Virus record (IMG/VR): IMGVR_UViG_3300049143_000045
Location: 2,798-66,797 of that record
Source: a virus
Taxonomy: Duplodnaviria; Caudoviricetes
Length of the DNA stretch: 64,000 nt
Direction: 5' to 3' (one strand)
Part shown: piece by piece, positions 1-10,058 of the stretch
Layout: the number at the start of each line of letters is the position of its first letter
How positions within the stretch are numbered: the first letter of the stretch is position 1
Made by a program: the position numbers and the translations under genes
Notes under the pieces: model-generated
Told to the model about the DNA's origin: nothing
The model's input: the letters and a program-made list of their open reading frames with translations, nothing else
Database searches by the model: none

Positions 1-35
1 TCGTCGTCCAGGTCGAGGAGACCGGCAGGTGGGAC

Positions 36-413
36 GTGTCCTGCTTCAACGAGATCTGCGGGCACGGCCTGCATGGCGTGGGCGAAAGCGACTCCAAGGG
101 CAAGGCCGACGCGATGGCGAAGCGCCACCGTCTGGAGATCAGCAGACAGATCGCAGCCCAGGAGGAGCGGGCAGAGCAGGCAGACTCGAAGGACTGGCGA
201 GCCCGAGCGCTCAAGGCCGAGGAGCGTGCTCAGGCGTGGCGGGAACGCGCAGAGCAGGCCGAAGCCGCCATCGCCCGCGTTCGAGCGCAGCACACCCAGT
301 CCGACCACTACGCCACCTGCAAGGAGTGCTCGGAGAAGGACTACCCCTACTACGACGTCGCTTGGCCTTGCCCAACGATCGCCGCTCTCGAGGGCATCAA
401 GGCCGGCGACTAA
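36..413 (+). CDS. Hypothetical phage protein
   Basis: 125-aa ORF, coiled-coil stretch then Cys motif (CKECSEKDYPYYDVAWPCPT). Confidence 0.55.
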   Translation: MSCFNEICGHGLHGVGESDSKGKADAMAKRHRLEISRQIAAQEERAEQADSKDWRARALKAEERAQAWRERAEQAEAAIARVRAQHTQSDHYATCKECSEKDYPYYDVAWPCPTIAALEGIKAGD

Positions 414-631
414 GAGTTAGTCCCAGATGCCCGGATGGCGTCCGCGACGGATTCGAGTGCTGACGCTACCGCCAGGTATGCGTGCGTCTGAGCGCTCAAA
501 GCTTGGACGAGGGCGAGCGTTGAGCGCTCAGGCTGCAAGGCTGTCTCGGCGGCATGGCTGACCCAGTTCTCCGCCTTGGTGGTGTGGATCTGCGTGTCGT
601 GCAACATGCCCACGACACTACGAAGATCCAT
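410..631 (-). CDS. Hypothetical helical protein
   Basis: 73-aa ORF convergent on the previous gene. Confidence 0.45.
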   Translation of the reverse strand: MDLRSVVGMLHDTQIHTTKAENWVSHAAETALQPERSTLALVQALSAQTHAYLAVASALESVADAIRASGTNS

Positions 632-699
632 GCCAGCAGGGTATGGAAGCGCCTGTAATCCATCGGCCCGGCTATCTCCACCTCGCTTGAGAGGATCAC

Positions 700-933
700 A
701 TGTCCAACCCTGATGGTGTCCTCCTCGACCTTGACGAGCCTGCCACCCGCGCCCACGTAGTTCGCTGTGAGGCCTGCAAGCACACCCTCCGCACCCCAGA
801 GTCCAGGGCCCTCGGGTTGGGGCCAGACTGCGCGGCCAAGCTCGGCCTGGCCCCTCGAAAGCCCTTGCGGATCACCGGCGTCCCGCAAGGATGGGACTGC
901 GATGGACAGACCGACCTGCTGGAGGAGCAGTGA
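700..933 (+). CDS. DUF6011-like zinc-finger protein
   Basis: RCEACKHTLRTPESRALGLGPDC motif; GAGGA RBS. Confidence 0.65.
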   Translation: MSNPDGVLLDLDEPATRAHVVRCEACKHTLRTPESRALGLGPDCAAKLGLAPRKPLRITGVPQGWDCDGQTDLLEEQ

Positions 934-1472
934 CCCTGCGATTCACGATCGACACCTGCTGCGTCATCGACGGCGCTCAGCGCGAGTGCGATTGGGAAGA
1001 GGTGGAAGACCTCGTTGAACTCGCGAAACAAGGCGTCATCGAACTGTGGTTGACCGCAGGGTTCGGCGGCGACCAGCAGCGCGCCAAGCCAGACCGCTAC
1101 GAGGCCAACCGGCAATGGCTTGCTGAGCGCCCTGTCATACGGCAGACCCTCAATCCGGCTCGCCTCGACTACTCCCAAAGCTTTCTCGACGCCATGGTCC
1201 TGGTCGGCGACGACGATGCAGAAGCCGATCGAGTCATCCAAGAGCTCATTGAGAACAAGCCGCGGAGCCGCAAGCATGCGCCCGTGGCGGAGGGCATGCA
1301 CGCCAAGATCGACGATGTGCATCACCTTTCGTCGCACCGCATGCAAGGCAACGACATCTTCGTGACTCGCGATAAGGACATGCTCAATGTTCGAGCCGAA
1401 CTGCAGACGCGGGCGGGGATCGTCGTAAAGACCCCTGTGGAGGCTTTGGAAATTGCGCGGGCGATCGAATAA
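930..1472 (+). CDS. PIN-domain-like protein (putative RNase)
   Basis: GTG at 930 after GGAGGAG; N-terminal FTIDTCC, later DDVHHL and DIFVTRDKD acidic residues typical of PIN folds. Confidence 0.6.
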   Translation: MTLRFTIDTCCVIDGAQRECDWEEVEDLVELAKQGVIELWLTAGFGGDQQRAKPDRYEANRQWLAERPVIRQTLNPARLDYSQSFLDAMVLVGDDDAEADRVIQELIENKPRSRKHAPVAEGMHAKIDDVHHLSSHRMQGNDIFVTRDKDMLNVRAELQTRAGIVVKTPVEALEIARAIE

Positions 1473-1631
1473 CGGCCAGGCGGGAACACATGGGACGCCG
1501 AGCGCGCTACACACGCGAAAGCGGCTCCCCGCCCGCCAGCAGGAAGCCGCCTCGACCCCACAAACACCTCGCCAAGCCCACCAGCACCAGTGGTCTCCCG
1601 AACAGCGTAGCGACACACTCGGGGGAACACG

Positions 1632-2486
1632 TTGGCCATCGCCTGCCCGGTCTCCATCTGCGACCGCATCATGCCCGGCTCGGCCCGCATCTGCGGCGCC
1701 TGCTCGTCTGAACTCCGCCGCGAACTCGCCGCCGTCCCCGGCCTGTGGACGGACCTGGACCTCGCCATCAGCAGGCAAACGAGGCTCACCAGCGCCAGCG
1801 TCGGCGGTCGCAGCCCCGAAAAGCCGCTCCCGTGGAACGAACGCGCGAGCGAGGCCGCAGACCATCTGGCCGCGCTCCTCATCGGCTGGGCGCGCGTCCT
1901 CGTCGCGTCCGTCCACACCATCCAAGGGCCCACCTGCGGGTCGTGCCTACACCCGTCGTGCCTTTACGCGCAGCTCAGCTACGAGCCCCACCATCACCCC
2001 GCGGCTGTCTCACCCTGGCTGCACCGGCACGCCGGCGCTCTCATCGCCCACCCGGCCGGGCCCGACGCGGTCGAGGAGATCCTCACCGCAGTCCGTAACG
2101 CCCGCCACGCCGTCGACACCCCGCCGCGGGATCTCGTCTACGCCGGCCCATGCAGCCGCTGCGACGGCGGCCTGTACGCCAAGCCCGGCGCCGCAACCGT
2201 GGCCTGCCGATGGTGCGTTGACGACGAGGGCAAGCCTCTGCGCTACGAGGTGGCAGCCCGCCGCAAGTGGATGCTCGACTCCCTTAACGACCTCGAACTT
2301 CCCGCGCCGCTGATCGCCCGCGCTCTCACCAGCCTGGTCAGGCCGATCAAGCCCGCCCTCATCCACACGTGGGTGTCGAGGCAGCGACTCACACCCGCAG
2401 GGTTGGACGACCTCGACAGGATGGTGTTCCGCGTCGGCGACGTCGTGGACCTGATGCTGGCGACACCAGCGAAGAAGGCCAGCTAG
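1632..2486 (+). CDS. Zn-finger plus C-terminal HTH protein (possible late-gene regulator)
   Basis: Several CxxC pairs; C-terminal LIHTWVSRQRL...FRVGDVVDL HTH-like segment; lies before the late operon. Confidence 0.55.
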   Translation: MAIACPVSICDRIMPGSARICGACSSELRRELAAVPGLWTDLDLAISRQTRLTSASVGGRSPEKPLPWNERASEAADHLAALLIGWARVLVASVHTIQGPTCGSCLHPSCLYAQLSYEPHHHPAAVSPWLHRHAGALIAHPAGPDAVEEILTAVRNARHAVDTPPRDLVYAGPCSRCDGGLYAKPGAATVACRWCVDDEGKPLRYEVAARRKWMLDSLNDLELPAPLIARALTSLVRPIKPALIHTWVSRQRLTPAGLDDLDRMVFRVGDVVDLMLATPAKKAS

Positions 2487-2553
2487 CCACGTAGTTGCGT
2501 ACGCAACGATGATCTGACATGATCCGTTCTGATAGCTTCGGCGAAAGCCGTCG

Positions 2554-2579
2554 AAAAGCCCTCCATTCGGGGGGCTTTT
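2554..2579. terminator. Bidirectional intrinsic terminator
   Basis: AAAAGCCCTCC-ATTC-GGGGGGCTTTT. Confidence 0.75.
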
Positions 2580-2620
2580 CGCATGTCACGGCTCCTATAC
2601 GCCCCTAGATTTCCCCAGAC

Positions 2621-2797
2621 GCGCGACCCGCTTTCAACGGCGGGTCGCGCACGCTCCACAGCCGCTCCCCGACGCTGTGTAGAGCCCCAGGTGCCGGTCT
2701 GGTCGTCCTCGGGTGAGGGCCCATAGGAGGACGGCCAGACCGACACCCCCTTGATCGTGCGGCCCTGCCTGGCTGGGGGGTTGAGGCCGGGCCGCAC
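2621..2797 (+). ncRNA. Candidate structured RNA/DNA element (four consecutive hairpins)
   Basis: 11-bp, 6-bp, 21-bp and 9-bp stems in a non-coding gap. Confidence 0.3.
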
Positions 2798-2828
2798 TAC
2801 AACCCCCTGCAACCCCCTTGGAGCGAAC

Positions 2829-3122
2829 ATGCGTATCCCGTTCTGGCGCAGGCCGTACGTCGTCGTCGATGTCCACGCCAACAACAGCAAGGGCGAGTAC
2901 TACCCGTACGAGTCGTTCCTCGCCTGGATGCGCTCCGAGGGGCTCGACCCGGAAGATGGCCGCCGCTGCGAGGTGTACCAGGGCCTCCGGCCCTACGCGG
3001 TCTTGACGCTGTTCAAGCGCAACGAGGACGGCAGCAAAGTCGTGGATCGGGCGGTCGAGGAGTTCGAGACCTACACCAAGAGGGTGCAGCTGTCCTCGCT
3101 CCCTCCCTCCAAGGAGGCCTGA
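2829..3122 (+). CDS. Hypothetical protein
   Basis: ATG 2829 with GGAG RBS; followed closely by next gene. Confidence 0.6.
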   Translation: MRIPFWRRPYVVVDVHANNSKGEYYPYESFLAWMRSEGLDPEDGRRCEVYQGLRPYAVLTLFKRNEDGSKVVDRAVEEFETYTKRVQLSSLPPSKEA

Positions 3123-3123
3123 G

Positions 3124-3534
3124 ATGCGCATCCAGATCCTCCCTCTCCCCACGGTCGTCAAGGGCGACGACGTCACAGAGCCGTTCGCTCTCATCGTTGA
3201 TCGACATGAAGGCACGCATGAGCGGATCGCCGAAGACGCCTCTGTCCTCGCACGCTTCATGTACGACTGCGGCGCGCTGGCGCTCCTCGTCACGAAGGAG
3301 ACGGTCGAGGTCGTAGACCGGTACGCACAGCCCCCCGTGACCGTCACCATGACGGACACCGTCATCAAGGACGCCAAGCCCTTCCGAGCATGCACCGAGT
3401 GCGGCTTCGTCTACGAGACCCAAGACGACTGGAAGCGCGAGTACAACAGGGTCGCTCCGATCATGGTGATGCCGTGGCCGCTGCGCATGGTCCAGGCGGC
3501 GGACACTTGCCCTCGCTGCCTGCACACCTTCTAA
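3124..3534 (+). CDS. Hypothetical protein with C-terminal Zn ribbon
   Basis: CTECGF...CPRC. Confidence 0.6.
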   Translation: MRIQILPLPTVVKGDDVTEPFALIVDRHEGTHERIAEDASVLARFMYDCGALALLVTKETVEVVDRYAQPPVTVTMTDTVIKDAKPFRACTECGFVYETQDDWKREYNRVAPIMVMPWPLRMVQAADTCPRCLHTF

Positions 3535-3577
3535 GCCACTCGAATGCCTGTTCGATGCGCTGGGTAGGATCCTGCCC

Positions 3578-3802
3578 GTGCAAGACCCACCCCTCGTAGA
3601 CCTGATCGACCACCCGTCCCCACGCGGATGGCTCCTCGCCTGGCGCCTCAACGCCGACGAGACGTGGGACGCGCTGATCTCGTGGGTGGAAGTCCCGAAC
3701 GACCAGCGCCCGATCACCCGGCACGAGGAATGGCTACCCGCCGCACGAGTACAGCCCATCGACGGCTGGGACTACAGCCAGGTGCCACGAACCAAAACCT
3801 GA
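3578..3802 (+). CDS. Hypothetical Trp-rich protein
   Basis: 74-aa ORF in the rightward operon. Confidence 0.5.
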   Translation: MQDPPLVDLIDHPSPRGWLLAWRLNADETWDALISWVEVPNDQRPITRHEEWLPAARVQPIDGWDYSQVPRTKT

Positions 3803-3816
3803 TGGGAGGCCAACTC

Positions 3817-4068
3817 GTGAAGGTCTCCACCGACTCGATAATCGCCGCCATCCTGCACCCCAGCCTCCACCTGACGGGGGACGAAGACGGAGGCGTGGGA
3901 CTCCACTGCCGGGACCACTTCGACGGCGGACGTCCTCTCGCCCACTACGAACGCACCGGGAGCGACTACCCAGACCCTCTCGTGGCGCGCGTGGCCTCGA
4001 TCCCCAGCCTGTGGGCCGAGGCGGTCAAACACCTGGAGGCGTCCCACAAATCGGAGGCCAGGTCATGA
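3817..4068 (+). CDS. Hypothetical protein
   Basis: GTG 3817 after GGAGG; stop overlaps terminase small subunit start. Confidence 0.5.
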   Translation: MKVSTDSIIAAILHPSLHLTGDEDGGVGLHCRDHFDGGRPLAHYERTGSDYPDPLVARVASIPSLWAEAVKHLEASHKSEARS

Positions 4069-4685
4069 CGATGGACCCCGAGCAGCCCGGTCTTGACGGT
4101 AAGTGCGGCGCTCGGAAACGAGACGGCTCCGGCGAGCACTGTACGCAGACTGCTGGCTGGGGCACCGACCATGTGGGCACAGGGAAGTGCCGCCTGCACG
4201 GTGGTGCCACGAAGAGCCACGCCGCCGCGGCGAGGACGGAACGCGCTCGCCAGGCGGTGGCCACGTACGGCCTGCCCCGAGAGGTGGACCCGTCCGTCGC
4301 GTTGCTGGAGGAGGTGCACCGCAGCGCCGGCCACGTGGCGTGGCTGGCGGAGGTGGTCGCCGACTTGGATCGCGAGCAGCTGGTGTGGGGCGTCGTCGAA
4401 GAGGTCGACAAGGGCTCTGGCGAGTTCACAGGCACGGACACGACGTCCGCGGCGAAGCCGAACGTGTGGCTGGAGCTGTACCACCGGGAGCGTAAGCACC
4501 TTACGGACGTGTGCAAGGCGGCTCTGGCCGCGGGCATCGCGGAACGCCAAGTGCGTCTTGCGGAGCAGCAGGGCGCTCTCCTGGTGGGTGTGATTCAGCG
4601 GATCCTCGACGACCTGGCGTTGACCGCCGAGCAGCGCGAACTCGTGCCGACCGTGGTTCCTCGTCACCTCCGCGCAGTTTCGTAA
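4065..4685 (+). CDS. terS: Terminase small subunit (HGGxSTG-type)
   Basis: CGARKR...CRLHGGAT motif; directly upstream of TerL. Confidence 0.75.
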   Translation: MTMDPEQPGLDGKCGARKRDGSGEHCTQTAGWGTDHVGTGKCRLHGGATKSHAAAARTERARQAVATYGLPREVDPSVALLEEVHRSAGHVAWLAEVVADLDREQLVWGVVEEVDKGSGEFTGTDTTSAAKPNVWLELYHRERKHLTDVCKAALAAGIAERQVRLAEQQGALLVGVIQRILDDLALTAEQRELVPTVVPRHLRAVS

Positions 4686-4815
4686 CACTGCGTGAAAACG
4701 CTCCGGTTCAAGGGCGCCGCGATGGCTTACCCGCCCGTGAGCGAGTCTGACCCAGATCGAAGAGCGCGCAGGTCAGAGCGATAGGACTGCAAGTCACTGT
4801 GCGTGAGGAGCGGCC

Positions 4816-6303
4816 GTGACGTTGACCGCTTGGGAAGCCGCAGCCCGCATGTTCGAGCCGCCGAGGCGCCGCTGGGCCACACCTGGAGACCTCGCCCGCC
4901 ACCTCGACCCAAAGACCCGGCAGACCCCAGCGCTAGACCTGATCGACGCCGAGCTGGTCCGCCTTCTCGACACGCCTGACGGGCGCCTGGTCATCTCGAT
5001 GAGCCCGCAGGAGGGTAAGAGCCAGCGGACGTCTCGCCGGTTCCCGCTGTGGGCGCTCACTCAGCGCCCCGACACTCGGGTCGCGATCGCCTCCTACGAG
5101 CACGGTGTTGCCCGACGCTGGGGCCGCGCTATCCGAGACGACATCATCGTCCACGGCACCGAGCTTGGCCTGTCGGTCCGAGATGACCTGTCGGCCCAGC
5201 ACGAGTGGCAGCTGTCCGGACATGAAGGCGGCGTCTACGCGGCCGGCATCGGCGGCGCCCTGACGGGCCGCCCAGTCGACCTCATGGTGATCGACGACCC
5301 GATCAAAGACCGCGCCCAGGCCGACTCGCCGACCTACCGTGAGCGGGCTTGGGACTGGTGGACCGACGTCGCCGCGACCCGCCTCGCCCCTGGCGCTCCG
5401 GTGGTGCTGATCCTGACCCGCTGGCATGAGGACGACTTGGCCGGCCGTCTGCTCGCTGCCGAGGACGGCCACCTATGGCGCGTCGTCAACATCCCGGCCC
5501 AAGCCGACCACGACCCGAACAAGGGCGAGACCGACCCGCTCGGCCGCGAGCCTGGCGAGTTCATGGAGTCCGCCCGAGGCCGCACCGCCAAGCAGTGGGA
5601 AGCCATCAAAGTCCGCTCCGGTAGCCGAACGTGGGCCAGCCTCTACCAGGGCCGCCCCGCCCCCGCCGAGGGCGACATCTTCCTCCGCGACTGGTGGCGC
5701 GAATACACCTCGCCCCGCTGGGTCGAACGCCCCGACGGGTCCTGCTGGGCGCCCGGCGCCGACGAAGTCGCCATGTCGTGGGACATGGCGTTCAAAGCCA
5801 CCAGCGGCTCTGACTACGTCGTCGGACAGGTGTGGGCCCGCTACGGCATGGAGCTGTTCCTGCTCGACCAAGTCCACGACCGCCTCTCGTTCACCGACAC
5901 GTGCGCAGCGCTCAGGCAGCTGGCGGCCAAGTGGCCCCAAGCGGTAGCGAAGTACGTGGAAGACAAAGCCAACGGAACCGCGGTCATCAACTCGCTGTCC
6001 CGCCAGGTGCCCGGCCTGATCCCTGTCGAGCCTGACGGGTCGAAGGAATCCAGGGCGAGCGCCGTCACCCCGTTCGTCGAAGCCGGCCAAGTCCACGTGC
6101 CAGCTCCGGAGATCGCGCCGTGGATCGGCTCGTTCATCCTGGAGCACTCCGGTTTCCCGAACGGCTCCCACGACGACCAGGTGGACGCCTGCACTCAGGC
6201 GATCAACCGGATGCTGCTCGCGCCCATCCTCAACGGAACTCTGATCATCGACTCGGATGACCTGGACGACGAACTCGACGCATACGCCATCTCGCCTTAC
6301 TAG
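4816..6303 (+). CDS. terL: Terminase large subunit
   Basis: Walker A PQEGKS, Walker B MVIDDP, nuclease SWDMAFK, C-terminal HDDQVDA. Confidence 0.95.
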   Translation: MTLTAWEAAARMFEPPRRRWATPGDLARHLDPKTRQTPALDLIDAELVRLLDTPDGRLVISMSPQEGKSQRTSRRFPLWALTQRPDTRVAIASYEHGVARRWGRAIRDDIIVHGTELGLSVRDDLSAQHEWQLSGHEGGVYAAGIGGALTGRPVDLMVIDDPIKDRAQADSPTYRERAWDWWTDVAATRLAPGAPVVLILTRWHEDDLAGRLLAAEDGHLWRVVNIPAQADHDPNKGETDPLGREPGEFMESARGRTAKQWEAIKVRSGSRTWASLYQGRPAPAEGDIFLRDWWREYTSPRWVERPDGSCWAPGADEVAMSWDMAFKATSGSDYVVGQVWARYGMELFLLDQVHDRLSFTDTCAALRQLAAKWPQAVAKYVEDKANGTAVINSLSRQVPGLIPVEPDGSKESRASAVTPFVEAGQVHVPAPEIAPWIGSFILEHSGFPNGSHDDQVDACTQAINRMLLAPILNGTLIIDSDDLDDELDAYAISPY

Positions 6304-6318
6304 CTGAGGGAGGCCATC

Positions 6319-8013
6319 GTGGGTATCGCGTCCCGCCTGCAAGAGACCGTCTACCGGCTGACAGGCCGCACTGAGCTGGCTGAGGTAGTGCGGGCTGAGC
6401 GGCTGACGGTCGCTCACATCCAGGAGTCGATGGCCGATCTCGAGGCTCGCATGTACGAGCCCGGCTGGCAGCGGCTCACCGCCTACGCCGACGAGGAGTT
6501 CTCGCGGGCGGGTCTGCAGCAGATCACCTCGGTCTGCCGCATCATGGCGATCAAGTCGCCGCTCCTTCGCCGCGGCCTGTCCTTGCGGACTGGCTACGTG
6601 TGGGGGCAGGGCGTCCAGATCAGCGCCCGATCCACGGGCGAGCAGGGCCAGGACGTCAATAGCGTCGTGCAGAAGTTCCTCGACGACGCCGGCAACCGCC
6701 GCACCTTCACGGGCGACCAGGCGCACGAGGAGCTCGAGCGGGCCCTCTACACCGACGGCAACGTCTTCGTCGCACTGTTCACCAGGCCGGCAACCGGCCT
6801 GGTGCAGGTGCGCACCCTGCCGTGGGACGAGATCACGGATGTGATCACCAACCCGGAGGACCGCTCCGAGCCTTGGTTCTACCGCCGTGAATGGTGGCAG
6901 GACGAACGCACCGAGTCAGGCATCAAGCAGGTCCGCAAGGTCGCCTACTATCCGGCGCTCGGCTACAACCCGGTACTGAAACCCGGCAGGCTGACCTTCC
7001 CTGTGTATGGCGATGATGCTCTGGCCGAGGTGATGTGGGACGCGCCCGTCTACCACGTCAAGGTCAACTCTCAGCTGGGCTGGAAGTGGGGCATCCCCGA
7101 CTCGTACGCGGCGATCGACTGGGCGCAGGCGTACAAGGAGTTCCTCACCGACTGGGCCCGCCTCATCAAGGCCTTGTCGCGGTTCGCGTGGAAGCTCACC
7201 AGCAAGGGCAGCAAGCAGGCATCCGCTCGAGCCCGCATAGCCGCAGGCCCCGGCACCGACCGCTACACAGGCGACGCCCAGCACGCCGGCGCGACCGCCC
7301 TCATGACCCCCGACATGATGCTGGAAGCCGTCCCCAAGAGCGGCGCCACCATCGACTCGGAGTCGGGTAGGCCGCTCGCCGCCATGGTGGCTGCCGCTCT
7401 CGACGTGCCGGTGACGATGCTGCTGGGCGACCCCGGCACCACCGGAGCCCGCGCCACCGCCGAGACTCTCGACACCCCGACCGAGCGAAGCATGGAGCTC
7501 CGCAGGTCAGTGTGGGGCGAGGCGTACAGGCAGATCCTCGACTACGTCATCGACCAGGCCGTCAAGGCGCCGCAAGGCAAGCTCAAGGGCAAGGTGACCC
7601 GCGACGAAGACGGCAACGAAGTCTTCGAGCTCGCGCAGGACACCGACCGCACCATCGACGTGTCCTGGCCCGACATCGACGACCTCGACCCCGCGGTCAT
7701 CGTCGACTCCATCGTCAAGGCCGACGCCACCGGCTACCTGCCGCCCCTCACAGTCGTGCGTCTGCTCCTGGAGGCGCTCGGCGTCCGAGACGTCGACTCC
7801 ATCCTCGATGGGCTCACGGACGAGGCCGGCAACTTCCGGCCTCCTGAAGGGGCCGCGAAGGGCGCAGGCCAGGCAGCGGTGGACGCGTTCCGCCGCGGCG
7901 AAGACCCTGCCCCGCTCCTGGCCGGCCGACAGGCCGACCCGGAACAGGAGCCTGCGGAGGAGCCGGAACCCGACGAAGACGACACCTCACCCGAGGACGA
8001 AGACGAGGACTAG
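6319..8013 (+). CDS. Portal protein
   Basis: 564 aa directly after TerL; LYTDGNVF motif, acidic tail. Confidence 0.85.
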   Translation: MGIASRLQETVYRLTGRTELAEVVRAERLTVAHIQESMADLEARMYEPGWQRLTAYADEEFSRAGLQQITSVCRIMAIKSPLLRRGLSLRTGYVWGQGVQISARSTGEQGQDVNSVVQKFLDDAGNRRTFTGDQAHEELERALYTDGNVFVALFTRPATGLVQVRTLPWDEITDVITNPEDRSEPWFYRREWWQDERTESGIKQVRKVAYYPALGYNPVLKPGRLTFPVYGDDALAEVMWDAPVYHVKVNSQLGWKWGIPDSYAAIDWAQAYKEFLTDWARLIKALSRFAWKLTSKGSKQASARARIAAGPGTDRYTGDAQHAGATALMTPDMMLEAVPKSGATIDSESGRPLAAMVAAALDVPVTMLLGDPGTTGARATAETLDTPTERSMELRRSVWGEAYRQILDYVIDQAVKAPQGKLKGKVTRDEDGNEVFELAQDTDRTIDVSWPDIDDLDPAVIVDSIVKADATGYLPPLTVVRLLLEALGVRDVDSILDGLTDEAGNFRPPEGAAKGAGQAAVDAFRRGEDPAPLLAGRQADPEQEPAEEPEPDEDDTSPEDEDED

Positions 8014-8735
8014 CGTCGCTCGCACACCCGGCCGTCGCCGTCTCGGTCCTGGTACCAGCCGTACTCCTCGTGAACGCCTCGCACGTAATTGCCGTAGCCG
8101 TTGGCGTTCGCCTCACCGCAGGTGCCGAACCTCGGGTCGGTGTTCTTCACCGGCTCGGGCGGAGGCTCCTGCCGCTTCGGCTCTTCCTTCGGCTGCTCAT
8201 CCTGGGCGGGAGGCTCCGGCTGCTTGGAAGGCTTGGGCTGCTCGGTCGGCTTGAACCGGTCGAGCTTCAACGTCACCGACCCGCCAGCGGGGATCGCCGT
8301 ACCAGCAGCGGGGACCTGGTCGACGACCTGCCACATGCTGGCCATCAGGACGGCCTTCCCGTTCACTGCCTCCTGTCCGACGATCACGATGCCCGCTTCA
8401 CGCAGACGGTCCCGCGCGGTCTTACCGTCCAGGCCTCGCACGTCAGGCACCACGATGCTCGCCACCGGTGACTCGGTGACCGTCTGAGATGGGCTTTCGC
8501 TCGGAGACGCGGGTACGGAGGGCGACTCCGTGGACGACTGCACAGCGAGCGGGATCGGCTGCCTACCCGAGCTCGGCTCAGCAACAGAGCGGATCGCAGA
8601 GCCGACGGCAACCAAGACCGCGCACCCGCCCATGAGGGAACCCAGCACGATCAGCACGATCAGCAGCGCGGAGGGCTTACGCCGACGCGGCGGATGGGGC
8701 GGCGGCCACGGCGGGCGGGCAGGCGGATAACTCAC
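8010..8735 (-). CDS. Membrane-anchored PASTA plus Excalibur domain protein (moron)
   Basis: TM segment, VPDVRGLDGKTARDRLREAG (PASTA), CGEANANG...YQDRDGDGRVCE (Excalibur); antisense to head operon. Confidence 0.8.
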   Translation of the reverse strand: MSYPPARPPWPPPHPPRRRKPSALLIVLIVLGSLMGGCAVLVAVGSAIRSVAEPSSGRQPIPLAVQSSTESPSVPASPSESPSQTVTESPVASIVVPDVRGLDGKTARDRLREAGIVIVGQEAVNGKAVLMASMWQVVDQVPAAGTAIPAGGSVTLKLDRFKPTEQPKPSKQPEPPAQDEQPKEEPKRQEPPPEPVKNTDPRFGTCGEANANGYGNYVRGVHEEYGWYQDRDGDGRVCERR

Positions 8736-8844
8736 AGGAACTCCTCGCCCCCGAGGTCGACATGTGCCCCGTCAACGTACGTCGCTGCCTTAGGGCTGTC
8801 AGCTGCTTGCCGTATCGGTTCCGTCACGGGGAGCGGGGGCAGGC

Positions 8845-9921
8845 ATGCCGATCACATCGGAGACTCTTCGTCTCGTCGAACAGATGCGGCACGCGGTCGG
8901 CTCCATCCTCGATGAGATCACCAGAGGCCTGGTGACAGCGTGGGTGCAGGCATGGGACGGCGTTGCTTTCGACGTCGCGATCGGTATCGGCGAGATCCTC
9001 CAAGCAGGTGACGGCAAGTGGCCGTCCCGCCGAGTGATCGAACGCACCGCGCGAGCCATGTCCGCCCTGGACGTGATCGCCGCCGCGCTGACCCGCCTCG
9101 CAGACCTGACCCGCTCGCAGACGCTCATCGGCGTCGCACAGGCCGCCAGAATCGCGCTGGACGGGCAGGGAGAGCTGATCGCATCCCAACTCCCGTACGG
9201 CTCCACGCAGGCCTACGCAGCGCGCTACAGACGTCAGCAGCCCGACACAGTAGACGCGATCGTCCGGCGTACCGCTGAGCAGATCAACGCCACCCACTGG
9301 CCGCTCGCCGAAGAAGCGACCGCGGCCATGAAGCGCGAGCTGGTTAGAGGCGTGGTCGTGGGAGACAACCCACGCACCGCCGCAGCTCGCATGCTTCGCA
9401 ACCTGGAGGGCGAGTTCAACGGGGGCCTCGCCAGGGCCTTGAACCTGGCCCGCACCGAGACGCTCGACGCTCACCGCCAGGCCGCCCAGATCGGCCAGGA
9501 AGCCCACGAGGACGTCCTGGACGGCTGGGTGTGGATGGCCGAGCTGAACTCCAGCAGAGGCCGGACCTGCCCCGCCTGCTTTGCTCTCCATGGCACCGTG
9601 CACCCGCTCAGCGAGCCAGGCCCGCAAGGACACCAGCAGTGCCGCTGCAGCAGGGCACCTCAGACCAAGAGCTGGAAGGACCTCGGCTTCGGCATCGAGG
9701 AGCCCGCCAGCCTTGTGCAGGACGCCCGCGCGGTGTTCGACTCCCTCCCCGAAGCGGAACGCCTGGCGATCATGGGTCGCCGTCGTCTTGAGCTCCTGGA
9801 TGCGGGCGAGATCGCATGGGAGGACCTACCGCAGCTGCGGACTACACCTGGATGGCGCGACTCTTGGGGCGTGAGGCCCGTCAAGGACCTGGAGCGCATT
9901 GCCCGCGCCACCAACACCTAA
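8845..9921 (+). CDS. MuF-like minor head protein
   Basis: IARTET-like LARTET, TCPACFALHG, GHQQCRCS motifs. Confidence 0.85.
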   Translation: MPITSETLRLVEQMRHAVGSILDEITRGLVTAWVQAWDGVAFDVAIGIGEILQAGDGKWPSRRVIERTARAMSALDVIAAALTRLADLTRSQTLIGVAQAARIALDGQGELIASQLPYGSTQAYAARYRRQQPDTVDAIVRRTAEQINATHWPLAEEATAAMKRELVRGVVVGDNPRTAAARMLRNLEGEFNGGLARALNLARTETLDAHRQAAQIGQEAHEDVLDGWVWMAELNSSRGRTCPACFALHGTVHPLSEPGPQGHQQCRCSRAPQTKSWKDLGFGIEEPASLVQDARAVFDSLPEAERLAIMGRRRLELLDAGEIAWEDLPQLRTTPGWRDSWGVRPVKDLERIARATNT

Positions 9922-9927
9922 GGCCCG

Positions 9928-10034
9928 GCTGTCCCGTTCGCGTCCAGCGGGGTTATCACGCCCGTTGCGCCTTTCAAGCCGGATGGCCTCCGGTGCTGGG
10001 CGGGGCACTCGCCAGCCCGCAGCGGCGGGACAGC
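9928..10034 (+). ncRNA. Candidate four-way-junction structured RNA
   Basis: 9-bp closing stem GCTGTCCCG/CGGGACAGC enclosing three internal hairpins. Confidence 0.3.
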
Positions 10035-10058
10035 TGACATTCACACCTGGAGGTCCGA

